Shown in pieces: positions 23,401-32,811 of a DNA stretch of 33,000 bases (the first letter of the stretch is position 1; each line of letters starts with the position of its first letter). Location of the stretch: positions 20,150,001 through 20,183,000 of the forward strand of contig CM119379.1 of assembly GCA_051294905.1 (NCBI GenBank), written 5' to 3'. Under the pieces are notes generated by a model. That model did not search any database, was not told the DNA's origin, and worked only from the letters and a program-made list of their open reading frames with translations. Source of the DNA: Botryllus schlosseri. Taxonomy: Eukaryota. The translations under genes were made by a program, and so were the position numbers.

Positions 23401-26400
23401 CTGTCAACGCAACAACAGTAGTATATCATGGCAGTATAAAGGGCCCTACATCATAGGTAAAGGAAAGACATGATGTAAAATGTAATTGATTTTTCGAATC
23501 AGTAAACACTCCATTACCTTATGTTCATGGTGTCTAGTTCGGCGTTCTGAACAGCATTCAGCTTCTGCGGGTACAAATATCCTTGCGGGAGACATTTTGA
23601 ATTGTTCCACATTGTTTCCAGACATGCCGTTGGGTGTGGACCATAGTACAACAAACAGTTATCTGGATATACTAAAACAGCAAAAGAATGCTGGATGCAT
23701 TGTAGATAAAACAGTGATTGTAACTTACCGAGTCCAAAGCATTCTTCCTGCTTAGTATCATTCCCATCGTTAGCCAAATTAGACGTCTCATTGTACAATG
23801 AAATCACTTGTCTGAGATGTATAGTATCAAATTACCGCATATATTGATAAAAAATCAATCACATCATACCTCAAGTTCATCGCGTCCAAATTCTCGTGCT
23901 CAGACAAAGTCAGATTGCGAGGATATTTATATCCCTCACGTAAACACTTGACACCAAGCCAAATCGTAACAAGACAATCGGTGGAATGCGGACCATAATA
24001 CAAAGTACAATTTGCAGGATATTCTGTGACAAATTTAATATTATCATAAAATGAAGCAAACATCATTCCACATCATACCAAGTCCATAACATTCTCTTTG
24101 GCTCGGAACATCACCATTGTCAGAGTCAGATGCTGTTTTATTATACAGGAATATAATTTGCCTGAAAATATGTCACCATTTATGTCACAAAAGATTGGCA
24201 TACAAAATGTACTAGCAGTTGGCATTCTACTGAAGTTACGTGTGTTTTTTACCTGATGTTCCGAACATCCAGTTTGGAATGCTGACTTGAATTTAGCTTG
24301 TCTGGGTATAAGGATCCTTGAGGAAGGCATCTAGAATCATTCCACATTGTTTCGAGACAGTCCGTTGGGTGTGGACCATAGTAATTCTCACAAAAATCAG
24401 GATATGCTGGAAATGAAACATTACTGTTTAACGGCATAGGCAACATACTTCAACAACAAATGCCCCATTGCAAAACATATTGCTTCCACTGGGATAATGA
24501 ATGTAAATGGTTAGCACTATACCAAGTTGGGCAAATTGGGTAAATTACGGCTAAGGCCATAATCTAAAGGTGATAAAATAGGCATAATATATATCACTGT
24601 ATGTATTGCTAACATGCCTAATTCAGCTCCTATCATGTACCATTGCCAGTATACCAAGAAGTGAGATCAAACCCTACTATTATACCTGATGCAAATGAGT
24701 GTGCTCTGAAGATCTTTATTGTGTCATGACGCCAGGATGTATATGAAGTGTATCCTTGGAATTTGTTGGGGGCAGTACTACAGACACCAGGGCTAGATGC
24801 GGAAATGTACCCTATATTAATAATTTGTACCATCTACATTCTACGTCAAAGACTAATCCCAAAATAATTGAATAGCATTTCCAAGATAACAGTTAATCAA
24901 AATAAAAGTGTGCAGCAATGATTTCATACCCAGTCCAAAGCATTCCAACTGTTTGGTTACATTTCTGTCTTCCGACAAACGAAAAGTCTCATTAAATGAA
25001 GATATTATTTCTCTGTAAATGAGCAATACCTTTAACAAAATAAAAAATCACCTAATATCAGATGTACTTGCCTCAAATTCATCGCATCCAATCTGTCATG
25101 TTCAGTTTTAGTGAGATTATAAGGAAATTTATAGCCAGCACGGAGACACTTTGTACCAATCCATACCGTGACCAGACATTCAGTGGGGTGTGGACCATAA
25201 TACTTTGTGCAATTCGCGGGATAAGCTGATAATTATTGAAAATTGAAACACGTGATATGCGATAATTAACATGCCATTTCCAACCGAGTCCGTAGCATTC
25301 CTTTTGACTGGAAATGTCACCGCTATCAGCGTCAGCAGCCGTTTTCTCATATAAGGAAGTAGCTTGCCTGTCAACATCACACGGTAGACAACAGTAAGAA
25401 AGTTCCAATAAAATGTGTCAAGTAAATCCATTGGGGTGCTACAGATTAGGTATGTGAATGTCGGCAAATAAATATACGCGTTTTAGCTGAGCATCATCTT
25501 GTAATGTATGTCATTTGGGGCAATGAGTTCTATTCTGCAATGGAAAAATTTCAACTGAATTCATGTAACGTCTGGAATAGCAATGGATAATATGCAAAAT
25601 AGTCTGCAAAATAACTTTCACATACTTTCAAGTGGAATTTAAAAAAAATTAGGCTTTACAGTGTCATGAGAATTCAGCTTCATGGATATTTTTGTGTAAA
25701 ATCGATTTGTGCAAGTTTGCAGGCTTGCATTGCTTTTAAAGAACTGAATACTAGGAAAAAAACGTTCAATAGCAAGATTCACAGAATCATGGTGACAATG
25801 GCAATGACTGAAACAGTACAATGGGTCCTTCACCAGAGTACTAATTCTGGATGGTGATAGGTTTCAACACATACTGAATAGTATTTGTCAAGCTTATCGA
25901 CATACATAATGTGGAATTCTCCTAATTCATTTTCAATTCGAGCTCGAGATAAAGAGAGAATCACCAAGCATATCGCAATCACCAACTTTTCAATGTCGGG
26001 AATCATTCGAATAAAGATTACCTGATATTCATTGAGTCCAGTTCAGAATGCTGACTCGCATTCAATTTCTGTGGGTATAAATGACCTTGCGGTAAACACT
26101 TTGAGCTGTTCCACATTGTTTCCAAACAATCCGTGGGATGGGGACCATAGTACAGTTCACAGTTTTCAGGATAAACTATGCGCATGACAGAAAATACATG
26201 TAAACTAAATTGAGCAGGAAAAGTTCAGAATTTACCAAGTCCAAAACATTCTTTTTGCTTTGTCGCATTCCCAACATCCGCCAAACGGTATGTCTCATTG
26301 TACAATGAGATTACTTCCCTGTATATGGAAAGGTAAGCGGGAAATGAGGGGCTGACCAGGATATCTTCACCACAAACCTTAAATTCATGACGTCTAAATT

Positions 26401-29400
26401 TTCATGTTCAGTTGCAGTTAGATTATGAGGATACTTATATCCATGCCTCAAACATCTTGACCCGAGCCATATAGTAACTAGGCATTCGGTAGGGTGCGGA
26501 CCATAATAGTTGGTGCAGTTTGCGGGATATGCTATAGAAAATAGTAAATAGTTGAGGACAATCATGAGACTACTCATATTTGATATACTACCAAGTCCGA
26601 AGCATTTTTTCTGGCTGGAGACGTCCCCATTGTCTGCATCTGCGGCAGTTTCAAAATATTGCGAAGTAATTTCCCTGCATATAAAATATTTGACTTAAAA
26701 ATAGTGTTTGAGAGAAGCAGTCATTTCAAACCATGATAGATCCTATTTAACAGCCCGTTAACTAATAAATTTGGCAGGCCAACAGAAATGTGTCAATTTG
26801 AAGTTCTAAGAAATAATTAGCAAATATTTCACAATATGTTAACAATACCATGCAGGCGCGTAGCCAGCCGAAAAATAAGGGGTGGGTTTGAAATAAAAGA
26901 GGGGGGTTCGATTTTTTTCGAATTTAGTAACGTAGCATCGATTCATTAGGGTTAAGTACATGCGATGCGTAAATAACGATTATACAACATCCCCGTGTTC
27001 GCGATTATAGGCGTATGATAAGCTTGTCGACGAGTCCGGAAGTGCCGTTAATTAGCGACTCCCTGATCTGTCGTGAACAATGAAATACGCACGCCTCGAA
27101 CATTGGAATACGCGCGCGCTTATCAACGCGTCGAACAATTAAATTCGCCCGCTTATTAAAGCGTCCAACAATTAAATACGCCCGCTCATCAATGCGTCTT
27201 ACGTAGCATCGAGATTTGCGCCGATTTCAGGTGGTTCAAACCTTACCTCTTTTATAACTCAAGCCTACTGGACTATAACTGAAGACTAGTGGAAATCAAT
27301 TACGCATGTGCGCACGCGTCGAACATGATTGCGGACATTCGATGTCATTCGGTTACGAGATGTCACTCTTTAATCACAATTGCTAATCAACATATACTTA
27401 AATAGCATTTTATCCAAGCCATCGAGAAATAGGAGCCAAAGCATGGTATGCCCAAGACGTGGTAGTTAGGCTAGCGATATCTTTAGTCCTAGGCCTATTG
27501 CAGATGCGATTGTGTAGGCCAGCGAAGATATCGTGCACACCAAGCCAATGCAGATGTGATTGTGAAGGCCAGTGACGATGTCGTGCGCACAGGGCCTATT
27601 GCAGATGTGATTATTCAAGCCAGCGGAATTAGGCTTGTTGGAGACGCGGTAAATCAGGCTAGTAATGATTGCCGAACGCGCGACAATGAATGACCTGATT
27701 TCGCAATCATCTCAGCGGGAGATCGTGTCGCGTTACATTGTGCAGTGCAATGCGCAGAGCACATGGACGCTAATTAGCAACACGCCTTTCGTTAATTGGC
27801 CGCGCGCAATACTGATAATACGACTTATTGAATTGCAACCGGGTATTAGCGTCAGAGCGGTCATTTAAATAGGGCGAGGTTTCGCGTTAAAGGAGGGGGT
27901 TTCGCGTTTCTAAAGGAGTGGGTTTCGACCCCCGAAACCCCCCCTCTGGCTACGCGCCTGATACCATGTATGAACTGTAGGAATTCATACTATTTCCATA
28001 TTCATATTCATATCATTGAATTTGCCAGAACAATTTGCAGGGCATTGCCCATCTTAACAAAATCCAAACAAATATCCCCAGTTTGATCAACATCTACATT
28101 CTTACCTGGTTTATAAGATCTCCCTACCTGATGTCCATGTTGTCCATTAGCACATCTTGACTTGCGTTTAGCTTTTCCGGGTACAGTGAGCCTTGTGGCA
28201 AGCATCTGGAATTGTTCCACATCGTTTCTAAACATTCTGTTGGATGGGGGCCGTAGTATGCACCACAGCCGGATGGATATACTGTGAAGAGTACAAAATA
28301 GTTACACAATAGATATGTAATCTGCAACACATCTCTTACCTAGTCCAAAGCATTCCAATTGTTTAGTAGCATTTTGGCTATCCGCCAGACTGTATGTCTC
28401 GTTGTAGAGAGATATTATTTCCCTATGTGATAGTAAATGATTAAAAATCGTTGTAATTCAATTGTTTACAATACAGACCTCAAATTCATGCTATCCAAAA
28501 TCTCATGCTCAGCCGCAGTTAAATTGTGAGGATATTTATATCCCTTAGGCAAACATTTCGCACCAACCCATATTGTGACAAGACATTCGGTTGGATGAGG
28601 GCCGTAATATTTTGTGCAATTTGCAGGATATTCTATGAGAAATAGAATCCGTCAAAATTCACTCTAAACAGAAATAGAATTGAACGCTACCGAGTCCAAA
28701 GCATTCTTTTTGTCGGAAGATATCGCCATTGTCAGCTTCTTTCGCAGTATATTCATAGAATGCAGTAATTTGTCTGAATATAATAATAAATGTGTTTCTC
28801 ATCAGAAAATTTCATGATGCTGGAAAGTGAAAGATCAATGAAATAGAAATGTTGAATATGTTAAGTGATCAACACCATCTGACTGATAATAAGGTGCCTT
28901 CTGAAAATGTATCACCTGATATTCATGGCATCTTGTTCCGCATTTTGACTCGAATTGAGCTTTTCCGGAAACAAAGATCCTTGAGGCAAGCACTTGGAAT
29001 TATTCCACATGGATTCCAAACATTCCTTTGGGTGCGGACCGTAGTAGGACTCACAACCACTAGGATAAACTACAATAAACAAGTATTATTACCGTCAAAT
29101 AATAAAAAATATTGCATTTCATACCTATCCCGAAGCATTCCTCTTGCTTGGTGGTATTTCCATCATCAGCCAAACGAAACGTCTCATTGTATAAGTCAAT
29201 GACGTCTCTGGAAATAGCGGAGTAGTAATTGTCAGATGCATCATTTGCTCAATAAAGAAAATGCTTACCTAAGGTTCATAGCATCTAAGTTTTCATGTTC
29301 AATCGCAGTAAGATTGAAAGGATATTTATCCCCTGTTCGTAAACACTTTGCTCGAAGCCAGATGGTGACAAGACAGTATGTTGAATGTGGACCGTAGTAC

Positions 29401-32400
29401 TTGGTGCAATTAGTAGGATAAACTGCATGTAAGAAGTTTTTAAAGATATCAAAGCTTTTATGAGATGGCATTTAACAACATTCGTACCAAGTCCATAGCA
29501 TTTCTTTTGACTCGAAATATCACCATTGTCGGAATCTGATGCGGTTTTATTAAACTGGAAAGCAATCTCCCTGTAAGGACACAATCATAAATGTCATAGA
29601 TAAATACTCATAAATAGCAAACAAAACAATTTTTGTATAATAACTTGGACTCCAACCTGATGTTTCTACCATCCAGGTCAGAATGCTGGCTTGCATTCAA
29701 CTTATCCGGGAACAAAGATCCTTGAGGCAAGCATCTTGAATTGTTCCAAATTGTTTCTAAACAATCTGTCGGATGTGGGCCATAATAAGCTTCACAACCA
29801 TTAGGATACTCTGAAAAGTAAATCAAAAGTGTGGAATGTGTACCAGAAGGAAAAAAACAATTTCTTACCCAATCCAAAACACTCCTCTTGCTTGGTTGCA
29901 TTGGCATCATTGGCCAGATCGTACGTTTCATTATACTTCGATATTATTTCCCTAGAAAATCGCAGTGGGATCAGATATGCAGCAAGCAACAGTCAATTCA
30001 CATACCTCAGATTCATAGCATCTAATGCTTCATGCTCCCTTGCAGTCAGATTGTAAGGATATTTCTGTCCACTTATCAAACATCTTGCACCAAGCCATAT
30101 AGTAACCAGACATTCAGTTGGATGTGGACCATAATACTTTGTACAATTGCCAGGATATACTGTGACAGTTACAATATTAGGATATTTCAAGTGGAAGTGA
30201 TGCTATGCAATATCTCACCGAGTCCATAACACTCCTCTTGGCTGGAAACATCACCATTATCAGCATTTGTAGAGATTTGTTTATATAAAGAACCAGCTTG
30301 CCTGTGGATGGTAAACAATACGCAGAGTAAGCAGAATAGTGGAACAGAACTACTTGAGGTAGAATTAATCAATCTGATCTGCGATGAGTTTGAATAGCAC
30401 AACATTAATCATACATTCGAATTGATTTTAGTTGGTAAACATCACCCTTGGTTGCATAGAGGCCCACTGTCATAGAGCATACCTGATATTCATTGCATCC
30501 AACTCAGAATGCTGGCTTGCGTTTAACTTCTGTGGGTGTAAATGCCCTTGAGGTAGACACTTTGAGCTGTTCCACATTGTTTCCAGACATTCCGTCGTAT
30601 GCGGGCCAAAATACATGTCGCAATTATCAGGATAAACTATATAGATCATAGGAAATTCATGTCGTGTACATTATTATAAGAAAATCATACAAGAAGACTT
30701 TGATTTTACCGAGACCGAAGCATTCTTTTTGCTTAGTTGTATTCCCATCATCCGCCAAACGGTATGTTTCATTATACAACATTATTATTTCCCTAAAAAA
30801 CGAAGGAATCAAAACCATCCATACATTTAGAAAGAATGAAGCACATACCTCAAATTCATGGTGTCGAATCTGTCATGTTCAGATTTAGACAAATTCAAAG
30901 GATATTTATCACCTTGCTTTAAACATTTTGCACCCAACCAAATTGTAATGAGACATTCAGTTGAGTGCGGGCCATAATATTTATCGCAGTTGGTGGGATA
31001 TTCTGTTGGAGAAAAGTATTATTTGCCATTTATGGAAAACGGAAATAGCATGCAGATCACCTAGTCCATAGCATTGTTTTTGATTCAAAACATCGCCACT
31101 GTCTGCACTTGCAGCAATTCTGTCATATTCCGAGGAAATTTGCCTGCAGATTAAAATATCAGATTATGCTTCATACAAAAGAACACATAGTTACATAATA
31201 TTAAAATCATAGTCAAATTGACAAATCGAACCTGATATTCATAGCGTCTTGTTCAGCATTTTGACTGGAATTGAGCTTTTCAGGGAACAAGGATCCTTGA
31301 GGCAAGCACTTGGAATTATTCCACATGGATTCCAGGCATTCTGTCGGGTGTGGACCGTAGTACGCCTCACAACCACCAGGATACACTACAATAAACAGAT
31401 GTATTTAACTGTTGTAAAAACATAAATGGATTTCTTGCCTATTCCAAAGCATTCCTCTTGCTCGGTGGCATTGCCATTATCAGCCATGTCGAACGTCGTC
31501 TCATACAAGGCAATAATATCTCTGAAAATAGCAACATATGGAACGATGTACAAACTACATTCCTACTACTATACTGTAGCACTCACCTAAGGTTCATAGA
31601 GTCTAAATTTGTGTGTTCAATCATAGTAAGATTGTAGGGATATTTGTAGCCTGCGCGTAAACACTTTGCACCAAGCCACATTGTCACGAGACATTCGGTG
31701 GAGTGTGGACCATAATAGTTGGTGCAATTAGCAGGATACACTGTCATAAATAAAATACGTTAACTGAAATTTTTTTCAAAATGTCAATGTATCTTACCAA
31801 GACCGTAACATTGCTTTTGACTGGAAATATCCCCATTGTCTGCGTCTGATGCAGTTCGATTATAAAGAGATGATATTTTTCTACAAATACAAAAAAGATT
31901 CATATCTGCAATTTATGGCAATTATGGCAATACAAAATTACATATCAATATCAAACCATCATATATTTCACATCATGGCATCACAGTGCCATTAATTATT
32001 CATTTTATTGAAGTCAAGAATAATTACTGAATGCGGCCAAATTACGGCTTCGATATTTGAATATTAGCATTGATGGATTCCGAATTCAGTAAAAAAGTTC
32101 AAAAAAATTATTATCGGTATCTGTGAATATACAAAACTTCACTAATTGATATCTGACCTGACATTCATTGCATCAAGTTCAGCATTCTGACTTATATTCA
32201 ATTTCTCCGGGTACAGATCCCCTTCAGGTAGACAGTGGGATTCATTCCACATTGACTCGAGACAATTTGTGGATTTAGGACCATAGTATGAGTCGCAACC
32301 GTCCGGATAAACTGGAGACGCAAGACAAATTTAATATATGAACAGCAACAACCCAAAAGATAAATATAAGACGCACCAAGTCCTAAGCATTCCAACTGTT

Positions 32401-32811
32401 TGCTTGTATTTCCATTTTCAGCTAAACGGAACGTCTCATTGAACAGCGAAATTATGCCTCTGAAAACAGGCAAGTGGATGAAAAGATTGATTGGAAAAGG
32501 AGCACCTACCATATACCAACCTCAAGTTCACAGTGTCTAAATACAGCAGCTCACTAGTGGTCAAATTGAGAGGATATTTCGTTCCCTTCGACAAACATTT
32601 GGCAGCAAGCCAAATGGTTGAAAGACAGTCCGTTGAATGCGGACCGTAATACTTCGTGCAGTCAGCAGGATATTCTGTCACAAGCCAAATGTTATATAGC
32701 TATAAAAAAGTAACATGCAACATCTCACCGAGTCCGTAGCATTCTTTTTGTTTCGACACATCGCCACCGTCTGCTTCCCCTGCAATCTCATTGAATAACG
32801 ATGAAACTTGA
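1..32811 (-). CDS. Partial multi-exon gene for a giant extracellular mosaic protein (novel repeat array + CTLDs + EGF + ricin-B-like + Link-like + sushi); both ends outside the window
   Basis: Dozens of minus-strand exons with GT(GC)-AG boundaries join in compatible phases without stops from 32811 to 13100 and from 6924 to 1; recognisable Cys/Trp domain patterns; joins at 9090-8952 and 7750-6925 unresolved. Confidence 0.75.
2587..3714 (-). CDS. Ricin-B-like trefoil 2, inside sushi 5 (exons 3548-3714, 3392-3486, ~2811-2891, ~2587-2700)
   Basis: FVIMSAHRGQCLRID...SECDWKDHLYTWIW...QIRMVGTKMCLSL...IRRCDHAEPKQKWSC...SSWYVRG...DNICSYL. Confidence 0.75.
3776..3886 (-). CDS. Sushi domain 5, N-terminal half
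   Basis: DVTCPLPGKSEPDTSAVLGNVSQYLFSDTLQYTCDKE, then GHEL at the start of the next exon. Confidence 0.8.
4217..5528 (-). CDS. Sushi/CCP domains 1-4 (5313-5528, 4840-5046, 4588-4782, 4217-4459)
   Basis: Each shows C..P...YxC..G...C...G.W.P...C; phase 1-1 modules. Confidence 0.9.
5093..5122. repeat. TACA/TACG microsatellite, intronic
   Basis: tacatacgtacgtacatacatacgtacata. Confidence 0.7.
5774..6312. mobile_element. Non-autonomous hAT-like TIR element (GACTCGAGTC-rich family), full length
   Basis: Termini CAGGGTTGTAA / TTACAACCCTA; flanks GTGAATAT vs GTGAGTAA (6/8 TSD); subterminal GACTCG/GACTTG repeats; intronic. Confidence 0.8.
6415..6551 (-). CDS. Orphan CTLD C-terminal half
   Basis: Phase 2-1 exon after a 57-bp intron: RWCVTFSLLSEAKVGFEERNCHHPHYFACKK (C3...C2...FxC4 spacing). 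Confidence 0.7.
6609..6924 (-). CDS. Link (XLINK, hyaluronan-binding fold)-like module (exons 6864-6924, 6609-6813)
   Basis: KAIC...GIWADKKDLTDGTKDGFVDGC...INYTV...GC...G...FAWCYR follows the Link pattern C...G..LAT..QL..A...GF..C...YP...C...AYCY; divergent, lacks the GW motif. Confidence 0.55.
7323..7882 (-). CDS. Unassigned coding exons (7757-7882 clear; possible exons near 7624 and 7323-7467)
   Basis: 7757-7882 is a clean phase 1-1 exon (ENLFLVQKGGQLANVNASCG...ASCFLK); 7323-7467 is open and ends MICRRQNSYNMS at a GT; joins ambiguous. Confidence 0.35.
7940..8952 (-). CDS. Ricin-B (beta-trefoil) lectin-like domain 1 (exons 8811-8952, 8592-8719, 8248-8375, 7940-8057)
   Basis: FMISN...RCI / SCDYADSKDLEWVW...HLMHVASGRCL / VTPCNLTDPLQHWICR / KW...YVC: C-x(6-8)-[QE]xW and HxxSGxCL repeats. 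Confidence 0.72.
9090..9223 (-). CDS. Candidate exon: degenerate C-terminal part of CTLD 5
   Basis: Phase-1 acceptor inside the TSD at 9224-9225; open frame ANETSQICTIQ...RHKPFLCARQN ends in a CTLD-like PFLC but lacks one expected Cys; followed by TAG overlapping a possible GT donor; downstream join unresolved. Confidence 0.4.
9536..9637. repeat. 51-bp tandem duplication inside the composite element
   Basis: TACGTCTACTCTACAGCTTCCGCGAGC[G/A]AAATGAGATAGTGAGCAGATCAT x2, one mismatch. Confidence 0.9.
9657..10232. mobile_element. Nested hAT-like MITE with GGCCCGC subterminal repeats
   Basis: Flanks GTCCATAA / TTCCATAA (7/8); left end ...CATACGGCCAGCGGGCCGGATGCGGCCCGC, right end CCGGCCCGCCCCTG; TIR degenerate. 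Confidence 0.55.
10753..11453. mobile_element. Nested hAT-like MITE, family copy 1
   Basis: Termini CAGAAATGGCCAACC / GGTTGGCCACCCCTG; flanks ATAGAGAC vs ATATTGAC (6/8); homologous to 11710-12620 in opposite orientation. Confidence 0.75.
11504..11600. mobile_element. Terminal fragment of another TIR element (GGAGCCGGAGCT repeats)
   Basis: GGAGCTGGAGCCGGAGCT repeats ending GCTCCAAAGCCCTG; partner end not found. Confidence 0.45.
11710..12620. mobile_element. Nested hAT-like MITE, family copy 2 (inverted relative to copy 1)
   Basis: Termini CAGGGCCGGCCAACC / GGTTGGCTAGCCCTG (13/15); TSD TGATAAAA vs CGATAAAA (7/8). Confidence 0.85.
12812..13066. mobile_element. Truncated second copy of the 5774-6312 family (right end only)
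   Basis: Aligns by eye to about 6085-6312 and ends GACTTGGTTACAACCCTG. Confidence 0.8.
13100..13807 (-). CDS. CTLD 5, N-terminal part (exons 13660-13807, 13303-13395, 13100-13221)
   Basis: SCDYPISYKFHHRDYCVYL...ANEYCSRSGGELFDVRD...FWIPIVD...NWIWNVNG; phases 1-2, 2-2, 2-1. Confidence 0.75.
13907..14590 (-). CDS. CTLD 4 (exons 14472-14590, 14304-14412, 13907-14098)
   Basis: LTYEEAEATCAKDD...WWIGLSDRETEGIFRWSSG...DCVVMNREEDWQWFEDNCSTKHSFICMK; same exon phases and same 109-bp middle exon as CTLD 1. Confidence 0.9.
15349..15510 (-). CDS. CTLD C-terminal half with EPN and WND motifs (best assigned to CTLD 2)
   Basis: Phase 1-1 exon GPFPFERWHKRGGFATEPNNAWCDEDCGAINLDISPPMWNDLHCVKKNPFICES. Confidence 0.85.
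15570..16561 (-). CDS. CTLD 3, complete, lying between the two halves of CTLD 2 (exons 16362-16561, 15766-15922, 15570-15707)
   Basis: ATERFCNKYGGTLANITSAE...FFALRGD...WKQADG...YSNWDKATEPNG...HCGAISENMKWIDIDCATKLPVLCEF; middle exon boundaries are less certain. Confidence 0.78.
16615..17278 (-). CDS. CTLD 2, N-terminal half (exons 17183-17278, 16764-16856, 16615-16704)
   Basis: FLFFDVPMPWEGAFEYCEGIWGKLAC...DVWIGISDRDSESNWLYADG; ends at a phase-1 donor before the long-loop Trp/EPN region. Confidence 0.8.
17345..17446 (-). CDS. EGF-like exon
   Basis: Phase 1-1 exon EEPCRSQCDGTYNCSNQECVCSDIFSGENCSVTK with six Cys and a CxC...G..C ending. Confidence 0.75.
17614..18657 (-). CDS. C-type lectin domain 1 (exons 18548-18657, 18378-18486, 17614-17790)
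   Basis: SYQDAKTYCRSRN...WWLGLDDFWDEGIFRW...YSNW...HCASF...WSLDECDDALPFICM; lacks EPN/QPD and WND. Confidence 0.88.
18718..32811 (-). CDS. Tandem array of 29 complete (plus one partial) ~79-aa four-cysteine modules of unrecognised family
   Basis: Exon A (mostly 154 bp, phase 1 to 2), e.g. 32521-32674, 32158-32311, 31587-31740, 31232-31385, 30849-31002, 30483-30636, 30006-30159, 29657-29810, 29269-29422, 28916-29069, 28479-28632, 28128-28281, 26378-26531, 26022-26175, 25072-25225, 24253-24406, 23870-24023, 23518-23671, 23074-23227, 22721-22874, 22264-22417, 21866-22010, 21513-21666. These alternate with exon B (83 bp, phase 2 to 1), e.g. 32729-32811, 32377-32459, 31798-31880, 26592-26674, 21376-21458. 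Divergent units continue to 18718. Confidence 0.93.
26853..27960. mobile_element. 1.1-kb non-autonomous TIR element in an array intron
   Basis: Perfect 15-bp TIR CAGGCGCGTAGCCAG / CTGGCTACGCGCCTG; perfect 8-bp TSD ATACCATG; internal short tandem repeats; no transposase. Confidence 0.93.

Noticed and set aside
24633-24833. 66-aa minus-strand ORF in an array intron
   Set aside because: No module motifs and no compatible splice sites identified; flanking exons join directly in phase.
512-30229. Numerous plus-strand ORFs of 60-120 aa
   Set aside because: They are antisense shadows of exons or of AT-rich introns with no domain signal; no plus-strand gene is supported.
18718-32811. Regularly spaced repeats resembling a CRISPR or satellite array
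   Set aside because: The repeats are open reading exons with synonymous variation and GT-AG boundaries; the spacers are introns.
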